NCBI GenBank assembly: GCA_009103225.1 | Contig: RHPI01002069.1 | Location: 2,194,846 to 2,258,845 of the forward strand | Length of the DNA stretch: 64,000 bases | DNA from: Chlorokybus atmophyticus | Lineage: Eukaryota; Plantae; Mesostigma and Chlorokybus algae | Direction: 5' to 3' | Part shown: in pieces, positions 30,270 through 42,400 of the stretch | Numbering within the stretch: the stretch's first letter is position 1 | Layout of the letters: each line of letters opens with the position of its first letter | Made by a program: the position numbers and the translations under genes | The notes under the pieces: generated by a model | What the model saw: only the letters and a program-made list of their open reading frames with translations | Database searches by the model: none | Told to the model about the DNA's origin: nothing

Positions 30270-30850
30270 GATCCATGACGTAGCGCCCGGTATTTGCTGG
30301 CTTCGCTGCTTGAACTCTTACGACCACAACTTTTTGCAAGATGTGTCACGCCGCCGCCGCCGCCGCATCCCGGTCCTCCGCCTCCTAGCCAAATCCAGGT
30401 CCTCTATGCTTGACATTCGCCCCATCATCGACCTGATGCCCCTGCGTGCCATCATCCGGCCACCAATGAAGCTGTTTGGGTGAGTGAAGGCCAACTCCCA
30501 TTACGGCTGGTCGGGAAATGCCTCTATCGTACCATGGATGGTACGACAGAGCCATATGCCAATGGCTGGGTTGGACGAGAGATGCCTCTGTCGTAACATA
30601 AATGTTACGACACAGCCATTGTTGCCGATGGTTGTACAAAGCATGGATGGTACGAATTCATAAATCGTACCATCAAGTGTAAGAGGTAAGGATGCACTAC
30701 AAGTGCGACTCTAGTGCGGGACACTAGACGTTAAAAACCGCCTCATTTTCGTTTTCGCGCCTCGTACATTTGGGCGGGCCACCTGGCAGCATGAGATGCG
30801 GCAGCGCCACCATCAGATCAGCAGGCGGCACCCGACTATAAGCTCAAGAG

Positions 30851-32460
30851 ATGCCTCGTGGTCCATCCGCAGGTGCACCTCGTCGTGGAGGTCGGCGCCC
30901 CAAGTCCACATTGCCCCCCATGTTCAACCAGGCAACCGTCGCCAACCAGCAGCCACTCTTGGCCAACCAATGGCAGCAAGACCCCGCACTAACGCCCAGC
31001 CCATTACAACAACTCCACCTGACACCGCTATCGCAAGGGCAAGCTAGAATGCATGCGTTCTTAATGCACAGTGCACGCTGCTTCTTGCTAAACTTTAAAC
31101 TTTAATGCTTGCTTCTTTCATAACTGGCACAGTGACTAAGTGCATGCGTTCTGGATACACTGTGCACATTGTTCTTCTTGCTCAATTTGAGGGTTGCATC
31201 TTTCATGGCTGGCAGCATGACTCATGTGGTTGTGCTTGCAGAGGGTCGCTTGGCACCCCCAACCCAAACGCATTTGGTTGTGACATAGCAACCTCTGCCA
31301 TCAGCAACCCTTCCCCAAGCAAGTGGAAGATTGGCAACGAGGTTAGCACTGTGTGACACTGTGACACTGTGTGTAACGAATTGTTCTTCTGTGGACAGCA
31401 TTTGCGAGATGCCGTCGTTGAAATCGTAAACGGCCACTGGGCAGAGAGCCACGTTTATCCCAAGGAGGACACTATTTGTAACGTCATATGTTAGGTGCTG
31501 TGAATGCTTCCTAATCTCACTGCACCGTGATGCTGACCAACCTGCCCAACCTGCCCATGACATGTAGTTAGCTTCGACTATGACGACGAGGCCAATGCGG
31601 CCAAGTTCTACAAGGTGTACTGGACGCCCAAGGAGTGCCCCTTCCACCGAAGTGTTGCCTTGAAGAAAGCTACGTAGGTCCGGTCTGGCAACGTCACCAA
31701 GATCAAGCATGTTCTTGAGAAGGAGTACACGTGAACACTGCTCGACAGCACCAAGCGCAAGTGAGTTGGGTCCCTCACCACCGTGTCTGCTATGCAACAC
31801 TGCCTTCTTACTTAGCCTTCATACACACGTACGCATCTCGCCTATTGTCACCGACTCAATTAGGCACATCGATGCCCTAATACCCCGAGACCCAAAAAGT
31901 TTAAAGCTTTAACGCCCAGATGCGCAATGCGCTCTAAATTAAGTCTCAGGCACTATTCTAGCCTAGTGCAGGCTCAACTTGAACTATCTATATTGTGACA
32001 AATGCCTTGTTGGTATGACTCTAGCAGACAAGTTATGGCGGAAAGTTGAGGTCACCGACAATGCAGGCCTGGAGCGGAGGAGATACATCCATGAATGGGG
32101 CAATCCCATAATCCGGCAAATGATTGTGCAATGCTGGTCTTACGCCGTCACTACACCTGGTCGCCAGGAGCTGACGGTCAACCACCTCGCACACCTGTTG
32201 CTTACGGTGAGCACTTTGAACTCAATCACTAGCAATTCAAGATAAGGGTTACGGTTGTAGACGCGCTGCAGTGAATAGTGGCTTTCAATGCCACTAAGAC
32301 ATGCCTGTAACTACGCAGGTGGAGCGCATCCTAAAGGGCAAAGACGGAGACCCTAACCTAGCTATTAGCATCGACACACATGCAGAGTACCTCAGCGAAA
32401 TCAACACCATGATCATGCTAATGAAGCGCGAGATGAGGCAACGGTACGCAGCCCTCTAGC
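30851..32460 (+). pseudogene. Spliced, decayed ORF of unknown function, probably a transposon accessory gene
   Basis: Exons bounded by AG/GT: HLRDAVVEIVNGHWAESHVYPKED; SFDYDDEANAAKFYKVYWTPKECPFH (internal stop); WGNPIIRQMIVQCW...HLAHLLLTV; VERILKGKDG...EYLSEIN...QRYAAL*. Confidence 0.45.
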
Positions 32461-33153
32461 CATTGACCCTTATGGAACGCCGTACTGCATCTTGTGTGGA
32501 ATACCTGAAAGCCCAATTGGCATTGGTTGCAAGAGACGTCGGCTCGTGACCTCGCTCAGGCACAAGCGGCATTTGATTGTCTGGCGCAACTGTTTGAGGA
32601 GGAGGAAGAGCAAGCTCCGGCGTCTCCTCTACGTTCCCCAGCGCGTGGTGCATTGTTCCATGATGACGTGCAAGGCGATGATGGTGAGGAGCAGCTGTAG
32701 CGCAATTGGTAGTCCGTTTAGCTGGTAGTGTACACAGCTGCAAGGCTCTTGTGACTTGATAATGTGCATCTCAAATCAGCTCAATCAATCGTCATCATGC
32801 TCATGCATGTAACAACTTGCATCCCTATGATATACAACAGAGCTGCAGGCAACGCAAGTCACATAATTGAACTACAAGCCTTGGCAAGTGACTGAGAGAC
32901 ACTGTACATACCTCAGGTACCTATACACAGCACAGGCACATAACAATGCTGACAGTCAATAGCAGTCGCATGTAGTCATGCTATTACATATAGCGACAGT
33001 TAAGCATAAGTCACCTTCAGTTGCTTGAAGAATGCCTTATCTTGTCAATAATTACTTAGTTGGTGCTTGTAAGTTAGGCTCGGTCACCTGCGCTGGACTT
33101 GTGTTTAACCTGCAGATGCTTGCATATATAGGCTAAGTTACATAAGTTAGATT

Positions 33154-33365
33154 GATGTGTAACTTGTAGGTGCCTGATAATTTAATATGGTCATCTGTTA
33201 AGGCATGATGTGTAACTTGCAGGTGCCCGTAAATTAGGATTAGTCACATGTGAATGCCTGATAGGTAACTTACGGGTGCCCGTAATTAATAATGAGTCAC
33301 CTGTTAAGGCCTGATAAGTAATAATAGGTGCCTGTTAACAAGGCATAGTCAACTGTGAAAGACTG
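33154..33365. repeat. Degenerate 53-bp tandem repeat, about 4 copies
   Basis: Units start near 33154, 33207, 33260 and 33313 and share GTAACTT...GGTGCC...GTCA.CTGTTAAGGC.TGAT. Confidence 0.75.
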
Positions 33366-36300
33366 AATTGCAATGGGAAGAGCCTGATAGTAACGGAAGT
33401 TGTACTCAGGTCCCTGTATTGAGATTGCAGGTGGAACAAGCCACGGCAATCCAAATGAGTATCGTCAGGTGCACGGCCGTTGCCAATATGTAGTCGGCCA
33501 GCAAGCGAAACATTTTGCGATGGCGCGCGTGTGTGCTTGGCAAAGGGGGCAAGGTTGCGGTGTAAATATCGTGTCTTGATGAGAAGGTTGTTGACACAAC
33601 AACTTTCTCACTAAGATTGGATCAACTCACAGCTGACAAGGCATGAGCACCGTCACAACAGGTATAGGAGCGGGGTTTTAAGGTGAGAGAGGAAGTGTGT
33701 GAGCGTTTACACTTTTCGTTCAAAAGCGTGGTGTTTTGTGTTAGTGGAGATGGAAGATGCTCGCATGGAAGAGCTTCAAGCTGCCTTATTAGCGTTGAGG
33801 GAAGAGCTTCATCACACGCAAGCGGCGGCACAAGCACAACGAGAGGCGTATGAGCATGCGATGGCGTGTGTACAAGTTCCCATGACATCAAGCTCGTGCG
33901 TGCATGTGAAGGTGCCAAAGCCCAAGCCATTCAAGGGTCAACGTGATGGAGATGCAGTAGACGATTGGATCTTTCAAGTATCGGCTTGGTGAAGCTTACG
34001 GAGGTGCCCACACATCTGCACGTGGAGGTTGCATCGACATTGCTTAAAGGTACAGCACTTGTATGGTGGAGACATTGTTGTACGCGTGTTGCAAATGGGT
34101 TGGCGCTACCATTAACAGCCATGGAAGAGTTGGCTTTAGAGATAAGGCATCATTTGTTCCCGTGGCGATTGTGAAGGCCGCACGCGATAAAATTGCAGCC
34201 TTTGTGCAAACGGGGTCGGTGATGGCGTACACACATCTACGTTTCAGCATTTGGTGATGTCCATGCCCAACATTATCGAGGAAGAGCAGTTGAACATATA
34301 CACATGTGGTTTAAAATCTTTGGGACGCAAAGAAGTGGAGCTATGGGACCCTAAAACATTGGCGGAAGCTATACGCATTGCGGATCGTCTCGACGCGTTG
34401 TACTTCAAGTCTACGGCAACAAACGCTGACTGGTAGCGTGGGAGCAAGCAAGGGCGTGATGATCAGCCTAGGGGAAGCTTTTGAAAGGCATGGACACGAA
34501 GAGAACCAAGTTCACAACTTGCAAAGGAAGGTGGAGCTGATCGGAGACCATCACCTATGGAAGTGCGTGCCATACACACGCGTAAAGGTGTGGCGAAGCA
34601 CGGTGGACGTGGTGAGGCAAGTACAACGTGCGCAAGTGTTTCGAATGTGGTTCGTCCGAGCATTTGGCGTTGAATTGCTTGAAGAGGCGCACGCAAATGT
34701 CTGCATCAATTGGCAACCCTTATCGCGCACGACGTATCAACGCTATGGAGGAAGACGGCGTGGGGGATTAGGGACACGACTCCCCTCAGTAGGTAAGGAG
34801 GCTGCTGCTGGGGATGAGGGGGAGCCTCATGCACGAACGAAAGATGTGACATCGCAACCAAAGAAGAATATGGAGTGGCTATGAGCACTCCCATGGTGGT
34901 AAATTATGCAAGGAGGAGGCAACGAAGTACGTTGGGTTTCCAGTACGCATTTGCGATAACCGAAGACAATGGAGGGAGTGCAACCTTATGGTTGATAGTG
35001 GAGCAAACAGCAACTTCATGAGTGAGGAGGTTGCACGGCGCTACGATTGGCTTGTACCATTACGACGAGGAGATGTGAAACTCGCTGATGGGGAACCATC
35101 CGTTGGAGGTACCGGTGCTGCGTTTGTTATCAAAGAGTTGTGTATTCACATGGGGAAATTGAAGGAGAATATGCGTTGTTACTGCATCACCCTACGGAAC
35201 GGGTTTGATGGAATCTTGGGACCATCGTGGCTGTGGCAACATAACCCTTCCATCGACTGGAAGAGCGCGTGCTCACTAGGAAGGGAAATGGTGGAGAGTC
35301 CATTCAAGGTCTACGCGCGTGCTCCATTGAAGTGGGAAACCACTCTTGCGAGGAAAGCAAGAAGGGCTTTGTCATAGCTACGTCGGACGTTGCGAATGCA
35401 AGTATGCGCACGTGTGTTATGCACCTGCAAGGTAATTCAAGCACCGGGAAGGCACGGCACGCGCAATCAACTGGGATTAGCATTGCTCCAGTTTCTATGT
35501 GCAATTGAGGAAGCTGCTATCCCCACGAAAAGCGAAGGCTGCATGGTTGTGCGTGGTGCGCAAGAACACATCAGAGTCAGCACTAAAGCTGAGCAACTGC
35601 ACTGAGACAGCTACGACGGACCCCGAGGTGTGCAAACTTGTGCAGGATTACCAAGATATTATGGTGGACGGACTTCCAGCTGGTCTACCACCCTCTCAAA
35701 GCGTTGATCATCGTGTGGAGTTGATTGAGAGCGTGCACAAGCCACCCTACATGCCTGTATATAAGTTGTCACCTCTAGAGTTGGAGGAGGCCGAGCAGCA
35801 GATAACGGTTCTTTTTAAGAGAGGTTACATCCGGCCAAGTAAGTCACCTTACGGTGCTCTGACACTGTTCGCGCCAAAAAAGAACGGGAGCCTGCGCATG
35901 CGCATTGACTACCAAGCGCTCAACACCATTACAAAGAAGAACTGCTTTCCACTACCGCATATTGACGAGTTGCTGGAGCATCTACAAGGTACGCAGTACT
36001 TTAGCACACTTGATCTTGCTAGAGGTTATCATCAGATCCGCATCGCACCTGAGGACGTGGAGAAGACAGCATTCAACACGCGCGATGAACTTTGTGAGTA
36101 GTTAGTGATGTCGTTTGGGCTTACGAACACGCTAGCGACATTTCAGACGTTGAACAGCATTTTTATTGACTTGCTGGGTAATGGAGTCCTCATGTACCTC
36201 GACGACATTTCAGTTTACTCGAAGACGAAAGACAAGCATGTGAGTCTTCTACGGCGCGTGTTGCAGCGTTTACGCGAGCACAAGTTGTACGCTCAGCTAC

Positions 36301-36442
36301 ATAAGTGCAAGTTTCTGCTACGCGAGGTGGAGTACCTGGGCTACATTGTGTCACACGAAGGGATCAAGCCGGACCCTAACAAGTAGTGCGCGAATGGTCT
36401 GCCCCGACCAATGTGAAGGAGGTAATGTCGTTCTCGGGCCTT

Positions 36443-36817
36443 CACTGGTAGAAATGGCCCCCCAACAGTTCAGCCTTGCCCTCAACTTAAATGGAGATCT
36501 AGCTATAACTTAATTAGGGATCCGCATGTAAGCAACGTATTGGATTTTGCAATTGTACCTGCAGCCACACTTGGTTTGGTGTTTGGCTGCCATTAAGGTT
36601 CAGTAGTTGGTGTGCATTAAGATCGATAGCCGTCTTTTCTTGAAATTAATAATGTTCACATCCTGTACGATCTTTTGGTTAGATCATGAATTAAGGGGAT
36701 CAAACTTAATGCGTGATCTAACCCCAAAATGTTCAACAGCCATTCAACATCCATAACGGTTATGGCTGCAGTTCGCGGCAAACCCAAAACCCCAAAAACT
36801 CGCAACGCAGCGGGATT
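36443..36817 (+). mobile_element. Single CACTA-type terminus plus foreign AT-rich DNA inside the decayed pol
   Basis: Pol similarity stops after VMSFSGL and the next bases are CACTGGTAGAAA. Integrase similarity (RDVRDYVALC) resumes near 36818. No matching right TIR. Confidence 0.55.
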
Positions 36818-38018
36818 TACGTGATGTACGCGACTATGTAGCGTTATGCGACACATGCCAAAGAGTTAAGGCAAGCAATCAAAAGCCAGGTGGGCTGTTG
36901 CAGCCTCTCCTCATGCTATTGTTCAACTGGGAGCAAGTTACTATAGACTTTATTACGGGGCTGCCGAAGACAACAGAAGGGTACGATGCAATACTCCTGT
37001 TCGTGGACAAAACCAGCAAGATGGTACACTTGGCATCGTGTTGTGAATCTTGCACGGCACTGGAGGCAGCAAGCTTGTTTATAAAGCATGTCTTTCGTTC
37101 CCACGGACTACCACGAAGCATTGCGAGCGTTTGTGATGCCCGCTTTACAAGTAAATTTTGGGAGGCGCTACAAGTGCACTTGGTACTACATTAACGTTTA
37201 GCACGGCTTTCCACCCGCAGACTGATGGCCAAGCGGACCGAGCCAACCGTGTGATTGAAGATATGCTGCGGTGCTACGTAAATGCACGGCAAGACAATTG
37301 GTCGGAGTTGCTGGAAGTGGTGGACTTTGCCACTAACAACCACACCAATGCAAGCATGGGTGTCACCCCATTTCTCATGAACCACGACCAACACCCGCTG
37401 ACACCGCTGACAGCGTGGACACAGCGATAAAGTGACGTTGATGTGAAAGCAGTGAGTAAAATTCTTACAACATGTGCGGACATCAACAAGGCAGATAGAG
37501 AAGCACTATTAGTGGCACAAGATAGGCAAAAACAGTCCGCGGACGTGCATCGCCGGGTGTCACATTTTGAGAGGGCAACATGGTATTGCTTTATGCGAGG
37601 AACTTGCAGGTGCGTGCTGGAGTTTGCAAGTTAAGTGAGCGCTGGATTAGGCCATTTCGAGTCATCAAAGTGGTCTTGGACGTGGTGTACAAGTTGCAAT
37701 TGCCCGCTCTATGCACATCCACCCTGTCTTTCACATATCCCTGCTGAAATCATATTGAGGAGAGCCACCATTGTGCCACAGCCTGAGTTGGCTACGGAAG
37801 GTCATATGTAATATGAAATAAAGGACATATTGGGTGAGAAGATTGTGCGCAACGTGCGCAAATATCTGGTGAAGTGGAAAGGCTATCCAATGCATGAAGC
37901 CACTTGAAAACCGGAGGAGCACTTGACGAATGCACAACATATTCTGCAAACGTATTTGCACCGACGATCGGAGAAACCTCGAGAGCTTTAAGGACGAAGC
38001 TCACCTAGGGGGGAGGAG

Positions 38019-38634
38019 TGTAACAGTCGAGGCCAAGTTTCATAACTTATGGTGAATATCGGCGAGTTGTGAGTCTGCTGCAGATATCAATCGGGGCCTA
38101 GGACCAGTCCGGAAGATGCCAGAAAACGGAGGGCCAGTCGAGAAGGGCTCGATCAGATTTCTGGAAGGGCCTGGCGCCAAATTATATAACTCAGTCATAT
38201 GGGCACCAGATGAGGAGATCTTTAATGCATATGAAGATCTACAAGTGTACTACAAGATTCTGCAAGAGTATACTAGCTTCTAGTTCCGTCTAGCGTTAGA
38301 ATCGTCTGATAGTAGCAAGTGCAGATCGTTAAAAGAGACATTTCACTATGTGCAAAACAACCTTTGGCTCCTTAGTTTCTTGTGTGCAAGCTTAGTGGTG
38401 GTTGGAAGGGGTTGCTAGCGTGTGTCCACTGGTGTGTGCTTGCTTGTATGACGATTCAAGGCGCTACACACAAGTCGGTGTGTAGCTTCGAGCGCATGCG
38501 CGTGCGTACGCGAGTGGCGGGACGCGTGTGTGTGCTTGCCAGAGAGCGCAAGGTTCCGGTGTGAATACCGTGTCTTGGTGAGAGGGTTGTTGATTGGACC
38601 AACTCACAGGTGACAAGGCACGAGCACCGTCACA
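38019..38634 (+). repeat. 3' LTR of the decayed family 1 copy
   Basis: TGTAACAGTCGAGGCC...GAGCACCGTCACA, homologous to the reverse complement of 11313-11984. Confidence 0.95.
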
Positions 38635-39423
38635 GCAGTCATTGCCGATGAAGCATAACTTATTGAGAATATATGTAAATGTAAGTGCAAACGGAAGAAA
38701 GAACTTCAGATCATTTTAATTATAGCATACGCGCTGTACATTTTTACAATTCATGCTATACATATGGATGTTTAAGACACCACACGTGAGGCCCTTCAGC
38801 TGCGGTACGCTACATGTGCAAAAGAGACAACCAATAACCTGAGCGATACGACACGATCTCACAAATACGGTACTGCATTTGCTTACTGAATGAAGACATG
38901 ATGAGTGGGTGGGTGGGGACCGGTTAGGGGCATTGCGATATGTACCTTTCGAACTTCATTGGAGCAAGTTACGAGTAAAATACAAATTCTGTGAGGTTGA
39001 TTGATTTCAGCGACATTTGATGCAATGCATGATGAGCTACTAATAGTTTACATGTTACCTGCTAACACATAGCAGAGATTTGTCATCTTGTTCACTGGCC
39101 AGCAATGAGAGCAAGGCTGGATGAACTGGTCTCGAGTTAAGAGCACCTTGATCGTAGAGCATGCAGGCGCTTTCCCAAAGCACCTCTTATATCGAGGGCG
39201 GACTGCACTGACAACTAGACTCTTTGTGGTCGCCACGTCGGACAAATCCTGGCCCCTCCACGCTGTCAACCACGGACACGTCACGTGACACGCACGCCTG
39301 CGTCAGACTTCAAACACACAGGCTGACGCTTCTGTCAACCAAACCAGGCCAAAGCACACCAGGCCAGACTACATCAGGCCTGGTTACGTCATCACGTCAA
39401 GGACAGCGGCGGCGGTGGTGGTG

Positions 39424-42400
39424 ATGGCGTGTCCTCACGGCCACGGCCATGGAGATGGCGGCGATGTTGAAGGGTTGGGAGGGCCCGGTGGAGTGTACTA
39501 CAAGGAGTACCTGCAGCTGGACGGCCTGCTGAAGGCGCAGAAGCCGGTCACGACGGCGCATGACGAGATGCTATTCATCGTCACACACCAGGTAGAATTT
39601 TCTGGTATAACCGATAAGATCTCCTACAATAGAGCTTTGTGGTCCCTGTTGTATAGGGTGATTTCTGATCAGAGTCGGTGAATTGACGTTAACAAGGAGT
39701 TGCCATAACGAGGGAGACCGAAATTGCTGAGTCATTTCCCCCTGTTTGGGCAGGCGTATGAGCTGTGGTTCAAGCAGATGCTGCACGAGCTGCGTTCTGT
39801 GCAAGAGGTGTTTCTTAAACCCCCCGTGTCGGAGCGTCACATGCTGCTGGTAAGCACAGCTCTGTGTGCGCGTGTCTGCGTGTATGTCAGTGACATGTCG
39901 CACAAAACATCTCTATGTGTTAAGCAACAATTCAGCTGTTTGATGGAAGCAGCGCTCCCCCNNNNNNNNNNNNNNNNNNNNNNNNNNNNNNNNNNNNNNN
40001 NNNNNNNNNNNNNNNNNNNNNNNNNNNNNNNNNNNNNNNNNNNNNNNNNNNNNNNNNNNNNNNNNNNNNNNNNNNNNNNNNNNNNNNNNNNNNNNNNNNN
40101 NNNNNNNNNNNNNNNNNNNNNNNNNNNNNNNNNNNNNNNNNNNNNNNNNNNNNNNNNNNNNNNNNNNNNNNNNNNNNNNNNNNNNNNNNNNNNNNNNNNN
40201 NNNNNNNNNNNNNNNNNNNNNNNNNNNNNNNNNNNNNNNNNNNNNNNNNNNNNNNNNNNNNNNNNNNNNNNNNNNNNNNNNNNNNNNNNNNNNNNNNNNN
40301 NNNNNNNNNNNNNNNNNNNNNNNNNNNNNNNNNNNCCCCCCCCCCCCCCCCCCCCCCCCCCTTCTTGTCTGCACGCGCATGCACATACGGACACACGGAC
40401 ACGCAAACATCATCCACGCGCAAACATGCACACACATACACACGTTTGAGTGCGTACACGCACATACACGCACACAAACCCCCCGTTCCCCCCCGCCCTC
40501 CCACCCACAGCAAGCATGCGCGCGCGTGCACACACACGCACCCTCGCACCCCCCCCCACACACACGGTCGCGCACGCACACACGCGCCACCCACCCACCC
40601 CATACCATCCTCTCGCCCACCTATACACACACTTGTACTAGTCATGCACACCCATGCATGCGGCTTACGCACACACTCGCACATGTGGTCTGCAGGCATA
40701 CTCACATACGTGGTGGTCAGGTCACTTCAAGGCTCAACCGAGTGTCAGAAATACTGCGCCTACTTGTCCAACAATTCCAGGTAGGCACTCAAACAACACT
40801 CAATGTGCGCACTTAAAGCACCATCATGCTCCACCAGAACTCACCACTCGTATGAACAACACAACAATCACATATCAACACCAGGTGCTCGAGACCATGA
40901 CCGCAATGGACTTTCTAGAGTTCCGCGACAAGCTCGTGCCCGCGAGCGGGTTCCAAGTGAGTACTATTGCGCATATGTTTGACCCTTGATGACGTGGTAA
41001 AGAGGGCTTGATGTTCAGTTGTCTTTTAGAGTCTTCAATTCAGAGAGCTGGAGTTTCTCCTTGGCGCGTCCTCCCACATTCAGCCCGACCACAGACACGA
41101 CGCCAAAGCGCACGCCTTCTACTCCCACTTTCAAACACTGTGCGTGAATCAACCATCTCAGTCTAACTCACTCAGTCTTACTCACTTCACCCACTTGCTT
41201 GCACTGAATACCCTCGTCATTTTTTCACTCTTTGCTTGAATTGTGATCAAGTCGAGTTGTTGGCCCTTAATTGTCATGCCTTGTGCTTGGTGTGTTTCAG
41301 TGACGCGGAGGGGTTGAAGGACAAGAGCAACCAACAGAGTCTGTTCAGTTTGGTGAGTGCTTGAAGAAAGCGATACATGGCACTTACTGTTCCACCTTGT
41401 ACGTGTGCGTATGCATGTATGTGTACGTGTTATCTTTATTTGCACTCAGTGTGGTGTTGCTGACGCTACCAGGTTGAGAGGTGGCTGGAGCGCACTCCCG
41501 GGCTGCACGATGGCCACGCGCAGCACAGCAGCAAGTGTTACGACAGCGACGACAATAACACTGACAGCAACAACAGCAATGTTGAGAAGCCTTTCTGCTT
41601 CTGGTGTGCTTATCAGCAAGCCGTCAGACGCATGATCGCTGACAGGTGCGCTGACATATGGACACAAAAGTATACAGTAGTGATGGCAAAGGTTGTTGTC
41701 TTACAACCATCCAACCCGATTTTGTAAACAGAAGGAAAGCTATCCGTCTGGACGTGTCTGAGGGCGTGCGCCGGTCGCTGCAGGCAGACTGCGACAAGCT
41801 GGAGGTGAGTGGGGGTAGAGTGGTGTCAATACCGTTGTCAACACCATCACAAGCGAATTTTCACTTCCACCTGCACCGTCACATCTTACTTATTCACGCT
41901 TACAGTTGAGTGTTCCACGCTTTACCCTACGTTGTTTGGCATGTATATGCCATCAGCATCCTGCTATGGCCAGTGACATCAACATCCATGTGCATGCTCG
42001 CCATGACTTGCGTAGCACGCGTTGTTTTGCCGCGAGTTTTGCATCGGCACATCCCAGCCGTCGGTTTGCGAGGGTCATAGATCGGATGATGGACTTTGCA
42101 TGGTACCGCCCAGCCTTCGCGCGAACCGGCGGGCCAGTGCTTAGGGTTTATAAACGTCTCTAGTTGCCAGTCGAGGTACCTGCTGCGTAGTTGACTCATC
42201 TGGCGTACTATTCTTTCGCCTTTTACTAAAGAATACCGTGGGTTATCTACACATCGCAGCCTATCCCAATTTTTGTGAGGCCTCATCTGAGGCCCACTCA
42301 TACACACACCACAACACAACAGCATCCACGGTACATCCACTCATCTAACAACCATACAACATATCATACCAGTAACACCCGTACCCACACATTTCCGCAT

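Larger units (their letters stand above)
33520..38634 (+). mobile_element. Decayed copy of chromovirus family 1 (5' LTR truncated, RNase H region replaced)
   Basis: Only the last ~135 bp of the 5' LTR remain (ends 33657); degenerate PBS ACAGGTATAGGAGC; gag and pol homologous to 6603-11218 with many stops and frameshifts; PPT GGGGGGAGGAG; 3' LTR at 38019-38634. Confidence 0.95.

Noticed and set aside
26620-30350. DIRS-type reverse transcriptase next to the recombinase-like ORF
   Set aside because: No Y.DD, LPFG or RNase H motifs were seen in any frame.
30695-30730. CACTACAAG as a CACTA terminus
   Set aside because: Only a 9-bp match, with no partner TIR or TSD found; could be chance.
31222-31800. 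192-aa minus-strand ORF
   Set aside because: It is antisense to plus-strand exon-like blocks with proper splice sites and has no recognisable motifs.
39724-40705. Long ORF-track entries containing X runs
   Set aside because: Artefacts of the 374-N gap and flanking poly-C/CA repeats within a TDO intron.
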